A DNA stretch of 64,000 nucleotides, from the NCBI RefSeq assembly GCF_964204645.1, contig NC_134027.1, forward strand, positions 16,462,485 through 16,526,484, written 5' to 3'. The DNA comes from Tubulanus polymorphus. Its lineage: Eukaryota > Animalia > Nemertea. Each line of letters starts with the position of its first letter. Within the stretch, counting starts at the first letter, position 1. The position numbers and the translations under genes were made by a program. The notes beneath the pieces were generated by a model. The model saw only the letters and a list, made by a program, of their open reading frames with translations, was not told the DNA's origin and made no database searches. Positions 1 through 12,065 of this stretch are shown here, one piece after another.

Positions 1-182
1 TGTGGGTGTTTTGAAATATCCGACTAAAAAAGGTTTTGTGGAGGATACAGTAGGCATCCCGTGGGATCTGTTTGTTTATAGGATAGATTTTGATAGATTA
101 GATTGAAAGATTAAATTGACATGTTTTCCTGAGCGATAACATGGTGTTGCGTAACGGTGGTCTTTATTTTCTACTCTGATCT

Positions 183-1649
183 ATGCACGGTAAAATCCGG
201 ATGCATAACTCTGCTTTTACGTTAATAAACGCTTTGTCTTTTCTGATATACCTCGTTTGTTATGGTTCTTTTAAGATCTGTCATATTTTACAGGATCTGT
301 CTCTGCATCACGAGAACCATTGTGCGGACTGTGGACATCGCTCGCGACAGCCCTCAAATTTCTGCTACAATTGTGGTTCAGAGTTAAGCAATGCGGATGG
401 CGAGAACGGTACATTGCTAGCCTTACCATTAAAAGATTTGGATGCCCGGTTAAAATCTATGTCAGAGAGTGAGCGCAACTCTGTTTATGGCCGAAAGAAG
501 TCAAAACTGGAAGAAGATTTGGTCTTGTTCCTCAGGTCACTGCGCCCATCGAGATCCTTGTTGACGGCATCACCTAGGGATATCTGTAGGTTCATGGTAT
601 TCAGGGATGCTCGGGGTAAAACAGTAGTACACTCTTTAACCTGTCCGGTACGAGGTTGGAAAGCAGTCTCGAAGGCCTCACCAAGGACCGGTGTTTGTTT
701 ATGCCCCAAAAGACTGGCAGCCGGAACGGTCGATTCCTATCTGGGTCAGATAAGGGCAATATTTAACTCGATTGGTAAAATTGGCTGTTGGCATCCCGAA
801 CGCGGAACTGGGAATCCTACCATATCAGAAGAGGTAAAACAATACCTGAGAGTGACTAAGAAGGAGCAATCGGTGGCCATGATCACCCCTAAACAAGCCG
901 TCCCAATGTACCTTAGCAAATTGACGGCAATGATTCTCTGTATTGATAAACGCTTGGGTGTCCCAGATTTACCCGCGGTAACGGAGTATAATTTAGCAAG
1001 GGACCAGACTTTCTTCAAACTTGATTTTCTAACAGGACATAGGGCGGCAGACTTAGGTCGGTTTTTGACAGATGGGATCTCTCAGAGTGACGATGGAAGG
1101 GTAATCATTTTAAATCTAACGTTCGGGAAAACACTGCGGGATGGTTCGGTTTTGACATCCGTAGTTACTCGTTTTAACAACCCGGTTCTGTGCCCGGTTT
1201 TGGCGATTGAAAGGTATTTTGCTGTTGTAAAGGCGCTTGGAGTTGACCTTGGAGGGGGTTACTTATTCCGGATAACGAATAAAGAGGGCGCTATCGTTAA
1301 TAACGGACTCGACTCGAATGCGGTGGGAAGCCGTTTGAAGACTTACCTAAAAGAAATTTGTATGTATGACGGTGAGACCCCGCATAGTTTCAGGGTTGGA
1401 TGCTCCGTTATGTTGGCTTCTTTGGGCCATACATCTAAAGAGGTGACTTCTTATATTGGTTGGAAGCATCAGTCCATGGCGAAGCATTACACCAAACATG
1501 CTTGTGTGATGCAGGGTAAAGTCTCTGACTCTCTCGGTCAAGCTATGGGACAGTTAACTGATAAAAGTGTAGAATCATATCGCCTTAATAATGCTACAAG
1601 CGGGTTTAAACCAATGTTTTTAAACCAATTTATATCGATAAGAAACTAG
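183..1649 (+). CDS. Tyrosine recombinase of a DIRS-order (PAT/Ngaro-like) retrotransposon, with an N-terminal Zn ribbon
   Basis: Catalytic pattern R (GHRAADL), K (FGKTLR), HxxR (TPHSFRVG), GW and Y (IGWKHQSMAKHY); CxxC-x10-CxxC ribbon (CADC...CYNC). The true start may be spliced, as there is an acceptor-like TTTTACAG|G at about 293. Confidence 0.85.
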   Translation: MHGKIRMHNSAFTLINALSFLIYLVCYGSFKICHILQDLSLHHENHCADCGHRSRQPSNFCYNCGSELSNADGENGTLLALPLKDLDARLKSMSESERNSVYGRKKSKLEEDLVLFLRSLRPSRSLLTASPRDICRFMVFRDARGKTVVHSLTCPVRGWKAVSKASPRTGVCLCPKRLAAGTVDSYLGQIRAIFNSIGKIGCWHPERGTGNPTISEEVKQYLRVTKKEQSVAMITPKQAVPMYLSKLTAMILCIDKRLGVPDLPAVTEYNLARDQTFFKLDFLTGHRAADLGRFLTDGISQSDDGRVIILNLTFGKTLRDGSVLTSVVTRFNNPVLCPVLAIERYFAVVKALGVDLGGGYLFRITNKEGAIVNNGLDSNAVGSRLKTYLKEICMYDGETPHSFRVGCSVMLASLGHTSKEVTSYIGWKHQSMAKHYTKHACVMQGKVSDSLGQAMGQLTDKSVESYRLNNATSGFKPMFLNQFISIRN

Positions 1650-1835
1650 ACGCTAATACGAATTTTGTATATTAATATACCCGATTTCTAAGGCGGGTCT
1701 AAATAAATCGACTTCGGATGCATATTCTGTCTTCTGATTTTTGGCTTCGTTTCACTCGGCCTAGTATAGTTGGGGTTTGGGTGTAGTTGTGGAAAGGTTT
1801 TTAGTATTTGTTGTGGTTATCAGTAAGGGGTTGGG

Positions 1836-2149
1836 TCGTTTTTTATCCCCAATCACTACATAACCGCGGAACGAGAAACCACTGATCAGTGTGGATATTA
1901 TACTATCCACACTGATCATGTGACACTAGTGACGCGGTCACTTCTTAGTTTGCGGAAGATGGGGAGTCGAGTGTGACAGGTGTGCCTTGTACAGTGGAGG
2001 GAATGAGCCAATGAAATACAGGATGGGTTAAGATATTCAAAAAAAAACCAGCGTATGTGGCTACTTGTTCCGGGTTTCGTTTTTTATCCCCAATCACTAC
2101 ATAACCGCGGAACGAGAAACCACTGATCAGTGTGGATATTATACTATCC
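1836..2149 (+). repeat. Split direct repeat terminus (B1-A2-B2) of the YR retrotransposon
   Basis: 73-bp direct repeat at 1836-1908 and 2077-2149 downstream of the YR ORF; the intervening segment starts within a 15-bp perfect hairpin (1883-1918). Confidence 0.7.
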
Positions 2150-2719
2150 CTGGGAATAATAAGCTCCACTCGACAAACTCGTTCCCGTGCATTTTTATCT
2201 CCAGTCAGCATGATCTCTGTTTCAGCACACACACAGCCCCTCTACCATCAATGCCTAACCCCTGTTCGACCAACTGTGGGCGTTTTCCTTTGAAACATAA
2301 GCCAAATTGTAAAAGATAAGCATTAATCTATGTTAATGCTGCATCTTTATCATGAAACCTAAGAAAGATTATTCTATTATTTAGGCCTATTCAAATTTTC
2401 TGTCCACTACCACGTGGAAATAAGACCCAGTCAAAATTATGCATCACGCTTTGACGAAGAAATTGGTTCTAGGCTATAAATTTTACGACTCAAACGAATC
2501 TTTTCCTCAAGCTTTTAGCCGCATTTAGTTTGATGCAAAATGTCATTTGCTTTTAAAATGTGTAACTACGTAGGCCTAATCAAAAGGAAAATTCAAAAGC
2601 AAACTTTGCCGGGCCAAGAGCCATATTGAATTCAATTTTTTCCGAACCATTATGCCTCTTTCATCATAACATTATTTATCCTTTTTCAAGATCTCAGGCC
2701 TACAAGTAGAGAGAGGGCC

Positions 2720-3260
2720 TACGTTGGGTTCAAATCGGAATTTTAAGATTTATTTCATTTAATTCCAGGTTTTCACTGTCGATTATCAAAGACATGTGGC
2801 GTTGTGGGAGTTCATAGTTGTTTGATAATCCATCATTTGTAAGTGTAAGGCTATTTGAGGGATTCGAAACCGACATTTTGTAAATTTTGTAGCTTTATTA
2901 CGTTTAATTCCAGATGTTTATCATGACACGTTTCATTTTGGGGGTTTGTCAGCGAGTTGGTATGCTGTCGGCAGAAGTAGTTTGATAATTCGTTTCATGT
3001 AAGTAAACAGCTATTTGAATGATTCGAAACCGAAATCTGTATTGTGAATTTTTTAGTTGTATTTTGTTTGATTCTAGGTGAATAGGACATGATTCATTTT
3101 GGGAGTTTGTCCGCGCGTTTGTATACTGTCAAATGAAGTTTCTTCGTCAATTTGTCGTATGTAAGTATCAATCTATAGGTTATATAGGCCCTATTAGGGG
3201 TTCGATACAGAAATTTGGTGAATTCCTCAGATTTATTTTAATTCATTCCAGGTTGTTATC
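2720..3260. repeat. Old degenerate tandem repeat, about 4 units of 130-180 bp
   Basis: Recurring CTATTTGA..GATTCGAAACCGA..AATT...ATTCCAGG blocks near 2725, 2852, 3011 and 3191. Confidence 0.45.
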
Positions 3261-5532
3261 AGAAAAATATGTACTTTATTTCATAGGTTGGTCTTTGATT
3301 GAAAACTAAAAATGGATGATAGTTCTAAATTTGATGTTGATTCACATGACCAATCTAGTAAGTATGGCTCACTCGTCTTTTAGAATAAGAGACCTATTGC
3401 ATTAATCCTTCAATTCAAGTTGCTATACAACCTTTTATACAGATATTTACCTTATCAATATAAACATGTATTTGCCATTAGCCATACAATTCAGTAAAAC
3501 TTTTCCCGTCCAGATTTTGAAACATCATTTGACTCAATTTTTCCTCCTAGAAAGTTGCTTTAGCTCATTCCAATGTTCGCAGTAAAAGTGAATGTAGCAT
3601 GTATGATTCCCATCCATCAATTTTGTCTTGTTTTGTATTTTTAGCGAAAATCTCGAAAAAGTCTGACGTCGAGGCAGGTGGTGGCCAGACAAAGACATAT
3701 TCTTGGGAAATATTTAAAGACACATGGCAAACACACTTATTGTTCACTTTTTTCCTATCCTTATTTTGAAATTGAAGTATTGTAATAAACTATTGATTTA
3801 TTTTTGTTGATCAACACAACTAGTTTTGTTGTTTTCTTTCTTAATTTACATTTGAATTGGATGGTCATCTTGCGTAGGAGTCAGTTTGTCATCGAAGCAA
3901 TACAGTCTAACTTGTTGACGTCTCAGATGCAGCGGGGCAGGGCGGTCATTATATTGTGGACTTATCCAAATTACACTTACACAGCCCAACGTGTTTCAGT
4001 GTGTAAACTCCGTCGTACTCGGCATTATATGACAGTGAGGAATTGAGTTTTAGTCACCTGAGCCCTCGGCTTGATTCGACCAAAAAGACCTTAACTGACT
4101 TCACAGAATTTGATTATGAGTCAAGGATTTTCTAAATTTCTGAATGCTTTCTCTGGTTTTAAGATCAATTCAAATTCAATCTTCAAAATATTTTATTGAA
4201 AGAAATTCTACTGAAGACCGATTTTGAAATGAAGGATATATCTAGGCAAATAATTATAGCAAAATCAACTGATGATCATCAAGGTGAAGTTTTCATTCAT
4301 CTTCGGCTAATTTGTCTACCCCTGATGATTGAAGCCTTTTGGTTACTCGCGCCAATTAGTCAGCCACAGTCGATTTTCATGCCATCTAACCTTTTTCCAT
4401 CTGTAATTAAGCAATCAAATGTAAGCATTACTTAGGTAAGGAGCGAAATAATATATAGATATCTTAGGAGACTATTTGAAATCATGAGTTTGTTGTGAAA
4501 ATCTATTACTACAGTCTCGTAGAGCATAGACACCAAGCCACGTGGCATTGGTATTTTAAGGGCTATTCAGTTTACTCCAAAACAAGTCAATGATTAACAT
4601 TAAAAAAGCTTCATATCAAGGGTATGTCGCAGGACTCGTGACGCCCATGAATTATCATCCCATAATTACAATGAATCCAATTCTGCATGTTCGTTAGCAC
4701 GACTGATTACTAATCCAAATATTGCATTACAAAAAAAAAAATTACGCAAAACGTCAAGTACTTACAGCATCTGAGACAGTTGCGCTTCAGTTAGCGTGTT
4801 AAGTTAGGTCTTTGGCTGTCAATGTCGAAAAGCCTAATTTGAAATATACATTTGCGCACTGTGGTTTAATATTCCTGCAAGAATCCGCAAAGGAATTGAA
4901 GACCGTAGTGACCAGTTCATTCCACGAATAATAGCTGGAAAGAAAGTAATCAAAATAAATTGTCATGCACATTCAGTGTAAACCAGGCCATAACTAGCTG
5001 CTATAAGGCATTCCACTGACTGGCTCTACCCATTATATTTAGGGCCTAAATCTATTCTAGGCGCATCCCCCAAAAAAGTTAGGCATTAAGTAAGTAGCCA
5101 ACAATGATCATTGCTTCACCGAGTAGGCCTACTCATTTGCTACCATACTCATATTATTAAAGAAATCATTTAATACATTCCCTGGTTAACGGATTCTCAC
5201 CTTAAAATACATAAACTCCGCTGTCGTTGTCACCGATCCGAGTCGTCAACTGAACGCGGAAGTAAAATTCCGTGTGAAAATTCCTACAATTTCTGTCCAT
5301 ATCACGTTGATTTGACCCCGAAATCTTCAGGAAATGTAGCCAACGTAAATTGATTTACGAATAGAATTAATCAATTGACTCATTTTTAGAAATCATGGTT
5401 TCGTGAAATTCATTAAAGTCCTAAAGCTAAAACTCGCGATAAATTTAAGCCGAAAATGATTTCACCGATCCACCATGTTGTTTCATTAATAAAACAATTG
5501 TAGCGCCCCGGCGCTGTACTGTGATAATGCAT

Positions 5533-5604
5533 GGTTTCGCTAGGATTCGAACCCTCGACCTCTCGGTTGGGAGTCAAACACCTTATCCACCATGCCACAG
5601 ATAT
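5533..5604 (-). mobile_element. tRNA-derived SINE head or tRNA pseudogene
   Basis: Minus strand has A box TGGCATGGTGG and B box GGTTCGAATCC with tRNA spacing; acceptor and anticodon stems are poorly paired. Confidence 0.7.
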
Positions 5605-5837
5605 GACGCTGTTATTATCGTTAGTGGGAGTAACGGACGGGGCGAGTCGCGATTGCTATACTATCATCCGGTGTTATCTTTCAGTAAGTAATTTTAAGTT
5701 TAAAATAGGACGGAGAGTGCATAGATATAATCTACGCGGAGCGAATGCGTGTTATATTACTATCAGAATTCTACATTTCAATTAGAAGCAGTTAGTTGTC
5801 GAATCTGATAGAAGATGAATTTTATGTGCGAAAAAAA

Positions 5838-8206
5838 CGGTTCCTGAACTTCGCTGAAAAAGCTGAAACACTGAAAAGCTGAAACGCTGAAATAAAAACG
5901 CTGAAATTTCAGGGAATTTCCGAAAAACGCCGAAATTTCAGGGAATTCCCGAAAAACACTGAAATCGTGCTAGGTACCGACAATACACGTTTTGAAATGT
6001 TTTCCGGGCCGGTGTCCGCTGACGAGTCCTGAACCGTGTTTTATGCTCTACCTTCGGTTACAGAGACATGCCTTAAGGTCGTCGTCATGATCGACTTGAT
6101 CGATTGCGGATTGCGTGGATTGTCAGATGTGTTTTTTGCCATAGTTTTATGTGCATATACCGGTACGATCTAACAATGAAGTTATCACTTCATTTGAATA
6201 AATTCTTAATCACAGTAATATTAATTCACAATATTTTTTCTTATGTTTGGTGATTTCTTGCAACTTATCATTGCCAAGTCTCATACAAGTAGTAGCTGAA
6301 TGAAAGTACAGTTAGGCTGAACCTGATAACCCAAATTAAGTGCTAGCATGGAACTAATGATTATTTTGATTCTATTTTCGGTGTCATTGAAATTCGTTAA
6401 TAAAGGTTCAACCGTCATAGTATACTGTACTTAGCATTGCTACAACTGGGTGCCATATTTCTACAATTTCTACAAGGAGGAAGGAATCTTTAAGTGTCTT
6501 TGTTCCCGGGTAGGGTACGGGGTAAAACCTGGTTTACTTTCTCTTTCGACTTGCCGGAGACTACTATCTGCAATGTATTGCATGCTTTGATGTGTCTGGC
6601 CTATAGGAGTCGAACGATATTTTTTTCCCATACACAGGCATGGCTTTAGTGTAGATGAAGGCTAGGCACTGCACATTGTGGATTGACTGGAACTCTTAAC
6701 TCACAAAATTAAACGAGTCAACAAGAAAGATCCAATAATTGGACATTTGTCTAACTATATTATTTAACAGCTTGAAATAATACATAACACATTCTGCAAG
6801 AGTATACAAAGGAAATCAGTTCTTACATTATATCAGAATCAATAGTTCGCTTAACTCTGGCTAGAATTCTGGTTCCATTGCTTCATATTCTAATGAAATC
6901 CACTAGTATACCTTAGAATATCGCTTAGCTTAAGACTAAAAATTTGGTGCCAGGAAACAGGGAAGAAAAGTGGGTGTACTGTACATCCGCAATTGACTTA
7001 TTTCTCTCTGGTTGAATCAAGTTATTATTGAAATAGCATTCGAATAGCCATTTTATTTTTAAAAATTGTGTCGTTCAGCTATCCTGCTGCAAATTTCGCA
7101 GTTGAAGTTTACTGGTGCCATCTGATTTCTCAGTATCTCAAAAAATTTGCACATTCTAAGCCTGAATCTAAAAATAGAAAAAGGTGCATTTTAGTCGGAT
7201 ATAAAATAATAGTGGCTAATACACCCTGGACTATATAGCCTATGGGGTGGGCCTAGTTTGAAAGCACTGAGGTCCGAGAGAACAGCACTTAGTAAATAAA
7301 TACTGAAATTAAACTTACAAAACACCCAATACTTGAGATGATGTACTTGACAAGAAGTGTCACCAGCTAAGCAAATCAACTTTGTCTATGACTCCTCCTT
7401 TTAAAGATTCAGTAGTAGTCTAAAAATAAGAATCGGTACATTTTTCTAACAGTTGGTATGTCATTTCTTCAAAAAAACTAATTATTATCACGCCACAGCA
7501 AATAAATTATTCACAGTTGTTGAATGGTTAGCCCGATTTAGATTAATTGGTTGACGCTAATCAGTATGACCCATACGTAGGGGCCTACTGCATGCCATTG
7601 GCGTCAATCCATTCCATTCCATTCCACAGTGAATAAAAAAGAAATTTAGTTAGATCCCTTTTGTCCAAAAGCTGCATCATTTATATAACTAGCTGTCAAA
7701 TTTAATTTACCTCCTTCAGAGAATACCATAGTGACATAGTCCGTCGCCCATCAACGTGTTGACAAAAGAAAAGTTGCTCCATGTTTTATACATGAACGTT
7801 CAAATAAGATATTTAGCGTCTTGCAGGGAATATTGAGCATAGTGTTTAAGTTGGCTTGCACGGTTTGTGAATGGGTTTTCCTCATTATGCTGCCTGTATG
7901 CATTAAAAATCCGGATTTCAAGCGAATTAATTTGTCCAACAAGTGGCCCTCTAGAAGTATACTCCACACATACTGTCCATGCGTGTCTCTGTAACCGAAG
8001 GTAAAGACTAAAAAACGGTTCAGGACTCGGCAGCGGACACCGGCCCGGAAAATATTTCAAAACGTGTATTGTTGGTACCTAGCACGATTTCAGCGTTTTT
8101 CGGGAATTCCCTGAAATTTCGGCGTTTTTCGGAAATTCCCTGAAATTTCAGCGTTTTTATTTCAGCGTTTCAGTGATTCAGCTTTTTCAGCGAAGTTCAG
8201 GAACCG
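5838..8206. mobile_element. Non-autonomous or decayed DNA transposon with about 230-bp TIRs and a 9-bp TSD (MULE- or AcademH-type geometry)
   Basis: TIRs 5838-6071 and 7981-8206 with internal GCTGAAA sub-repeats; TSD CGAAAAAAA at 5829-5837 and 8207-8215. Confidence 0.85.
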
Positions 8207-8639
8207 CGAAAAAAAAGTGGAAAATATGTAAATAATAATAATAACAATCAACAGAATTACAAAAGGGTTTTCGACGAAAGGCAGAAAACCCTAATAATAA
8301 TAATAAATATAGCTGCAAAGCAGCGATAACGGGTTTTCTGCACAGTCTTAGAATCCTGTTCAACGGTGGATTTTGACAAAGCATTTGATAAGGCACAACA
8401 TCAGCCATTAATAAATAGTCTATTAGGAAACAGTATCAATGATAGGTCGCCCAAATGGCTCAGCAGTTATCTGTGAACGAAAACTTGTAACCGAAATCAA
8501 CGGAACGCCTCATCTTGGAATGAGACGGTCTAACTAGTGGAGTCACGCATGGTAGTATCCTAAGTCGTCTTCTGTTTAATGTCCTTACAAATGACATGTA
8601 ATCCAAAATAAACCTAACCGAGTAAATTTCCAAAACGAC

Positions 8640-9150
8640 CTTCACACGCTGTTCGACCAAAAAACTTAATGTTCCGACAAGAAAATCGTGTTCGAATGAA
8701 AACAATTCTGTTTGATCAAACAATACGCTTTTTGTTTGAACCAAAACTTTTCTTCATTCTGACAAAAAAATGTGTTCGAATAAAAAGCTATGTTATTGTT
8801 GAAATGAAAAACTTTGTCCCGGTTAAAAAAATTTGGTTGATCGAAAACAATTTTTTCGAATGAATGTTTGAATGATAACAATTCTGTACAATTGAACGAA
8901 ATACTTAATAATTTTGGTTTGGAGAAAAGACTTTTGACAATATACTTGTTCGAACGAAAACTTGATGTTCTGACAAGGAAATTCTGTTCAAATTAAAACG
9001 ATTCTGTTCGATCGAACGATTGTTCGAACAAAAAACCTTTCGTTTGGACAAAAAAAGTTTCTTCAACTTTGGTCTAACGATTTTTTCAAATTGGTTCAAT
9101 CGAAATAAATTTTGTTCCGACGAAAGAATTTTTAAGCGAAAGGTCCTATG
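8640..9150. repeat. Degenerate TGTTCGA-core tandem repeat inside family A (also 63640-64000)
   Basis: Repeated (TTC)TGTTCGAA/TGTTCCGAC motifs; the same block follows the RT fragment at 63640-64000. Confidence 0.6.
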
Positions 9151-9192
9151 AACGAAAAAAAAGATATTTCTGGGGCTCCGCAGTAAGCTTAA

Positions 9193-9518
9193 GCCGGACG
9201 TTGGTCGGCCTTCCGACGCGATGCGATCCTCGCGTTGCATCGTAAGTTTCGGCGCAAGTCGGTTGCGATACGATTGTCAGCGACTGTGTACGACTAGTTT
9301 CTGCCAGTCGCAAGAGCGTGAAGGTCGGTTGTGACAGTCGTGTCGCGTCACAGAAAGTAGAACACGTGCGACTCCTTGTGACTGGCATTGCTGACAGTCG
9401 CAACCCGTCGCAAGGGAGCGTAGGTCGATGAGTCGTTGCGACACAATCGTCGCTGGCGGTCGCAGTGTATGGCGTCGCAGTGAGTCACAAGCCATCGCAA
9501 AGCCGACCTACGTCCGGT
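9193..9518. mobile_element. MITE flanked by TTAA
   Basis: TIR GCCGGACGTTGGTCGGC / GCCGACCTACGTCCGGT; TTAA at 9189-9192 and 9519-9522; interior rich in GTCGCA/TGCGAC. Confidence 0.7.
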
Positions 9519-11478
9519 TTAAGTCATTAGCAATTAATGAAATTAATGAATTGTCTCGGGCGATAAAACCAAAATAATGAATTGTCGCGGGCGACAAAAC
9601 CAAAATAATGAATAGTCTCGGGCGACAAAACCAAAATAATTAATTGTCACGGACGATAAAAACAAAATATTGAATTGTCGCGGGCGATAAAACCAAAATA
9701 ATGAATTATCGCGGGCGATAAAACCAAAATATTGAATTGTCGCGGGCGATAAAACCAAAATAATGAATTATCGCGGGCGATAAAATAAAAAAATATTGAA
9801 TTGTCGCGGGTGATAAAACCAAAATATTGAATTGTCGCGGGCGACAAAACCAAACTAATGAATTGTCGCGGGCGGCAAAACCAAAAAAAAAGAATTGTCG
9901 GGGCGACAAAACCAAAATAATGAATTGTCGCGGGCGACAAAACCAAAATGGTGAATTGTCCCGGGCGACAAAACCAAAATAATGAATTGTCGCGGGCGAT
10001 AAAACCGTAATAATGAATTGTCGCGGGTGATAAAACCAAAATAATGAATTTTCTCAGGCGACAAACACCAAAATAATGAATTATCGCGGGCGATAAAACC
10101 AAAATATTGAATTGTCGCGGGCGATCAAATCAAAATATTGAATTGTCGCGGGCGGCAAAACCAAAAATGAAAAATTTCGCGGGCGACAAAAACAAAATAT
10201 AAAACCAAAATAATGAATTGTCGCGGGCGACAAAACCAAAAAGAAGAATTGTCGCGGGCGACAAAACCAAGATAATGCATTGTCGCTGGCGATAAAACCA
10301 AAGTAATGAATTGTCGTGGGCGATAAAACCAAAATAATGAATTGTCGCGGGCGACAAAATCAAAATCATTGTTTTCTCGCGTTAGTTTTGTCGTAATGTC
10401 GCCCTTATTTTCATATTCGTGTTTTTTATCTTATCAGCCACCATACTAAAGCTAATAAGGTCGCGTAAAACTCGATAAACACTTCAAGCGACACAGCGAA
10501 CGATCTCCTTTCCCCCACTGCGAACGCTTACTCCGAATGTCAAGTGTGAGTTCAGCATACGGATAGGAGTGTGTTATATACTTGTATTTAGTAAATACCT
10601 TGTGGATTTGACAATGATCGGTATGTACTGTAGGAAATATAGAGTATTGTCGGTATTGATATGGAGGCCCGCGGCCGAATAAAGTAATAATATTCTTTTA
10701 TTTTGATACCTCGTCGACATAACAGCTTTTCTCCGCTAAATCTCTTCGGCGTGTTTAGTTAAGGCCTACGACTCCCCGGTACACTTATGATTTATCTTAG
10801 TAAAAACACGGTAAATTTGGCAAAGAAAAATAGGTATTGCTAAATTAACTGCTTGACGCCCGCAGCCAAATCACTGGTAGTAATAAATTAATTTGAACTC
10901 GATTTGATTCTCAGAATGAGGAGAAACTCGCAGCTGATTCCCGGAACGACGATGTAGTGACACACGTCGATTTGTCGATGTGTACGGTTCGACAGTGCTT
11001 TTAAAATCTAAAGTAGTAAATTTCCTGTGTATCAGTAATATAATCTGATGAGGAAAATGGGTTACTGTTAAAATTAGTTTTTAAAAACTGCGACAGAATG
11101 TGCAATCTTTGGGTAATAAATTTGTTAATTTATGCTTGAATTGATAATCGATGTGACAATAAACGTGCGGTAGATTTCGGAAAGACGACTTAGAAAAACA
11201 TGTCGGCTCTTTGAATGGGGCTCAATTTTCGATGTTTACGGCCCGACAGTGCTTTTGTAACGTTGATTCTTCAAAATTCGCACGGAGTATTTGTAGATCG
11301 AACTGAGCTGAATGATATTAGACGGATTGTATCGGCAACAGCGGTAATGTAAAAAAGCTTTGTAAGTCATGTACTTTTGACAAAAAATGTGTGGAAAAAA
11401 AAAATAATAATAATAATAAATATAGCTGCAAAGCAGCGATAACGGGTTTTCTGCACAGTCTTAGAATCCTGTTCAACG

Positions 11479-11710
11479 GTGGATTTCAACAAAGCATTTG
11501 ATAAGGCTCAACATCAGCCATTACTAAACAGGCTATTAGGAAACAGTATCAATGATAGGTTGCCCAAATGGCTCAGCAGTTATCTCTGAACGGAAACTTG
11601 TAACCGAAATCAACGGAACGCCTCATCTTGGAATGAGACGGTCTAACTAGTGGAGTCACGCAAGGTAGTATCCTAAGTCATCTTCTGTTTAATGTCCTGA
11701 CAAATGACAT
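11479..11710 (+). pseudogene. Captured LINE reverse-transcriptase fragment inside family A (also at 8366, 16098, 25901, 28256, 63348)
   Basis: Translates across frameshifts as VDFNKAFDKAQHQPLLNRL...KWLSSYL..ERKLVTEING...LTSGVTQGSILS.LLFNVLTNDI, matching DFSKAFD...GVPQGSVLGPLLF of CR1/L2/Jockey-group RT. Confidence 0.8.
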
Positions 11711-12065
11711 ACACAGTAATCCACAATATACCAGACCGAGTAAATTTCCAAAACGACCTTAACACACTGTTCGACCAAAAACTTAATGTTCCGACAAATC
11801 CACGGGCGACAAAACCAAAATATTGAACTGTCACGGGCGACAAAACAAAAATAATAAATTGTCGCAGGCGATAAAACCAAAATAATGAATTGTCGCGGGC
11901 GATAAAACCACAATAATGAATTGTCGCGTGCGTTAAAACCAAAATATTGAATTGTCGCGGGCGATAAAACCAAAGTAATGAATTGTCGCGGATATAAAAA
12001 CAAAATATTGAATTGTTGCGTGCGACAAAACCAGAATAATAAATTGTCGCGGGCGACAAAACCAA

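Noticed and set aside
183-1649. Phage or integron integrase (bacterial contamination)
   Set aside because: Split direct repeats and the eukaryotic TE neighbourhood indicate a DIRS-order element.
2150-5500. Host gene exons
   Set aside because: Only short ORFs without recognisable motifs; small exons cannot be excluded without transcript data.
5533-5604. Functional tRNA-Gly(CCC)
   Set aside because: Acceptor and anticodon stems do not pair properly; better explained as a SINE head or pseudogene.
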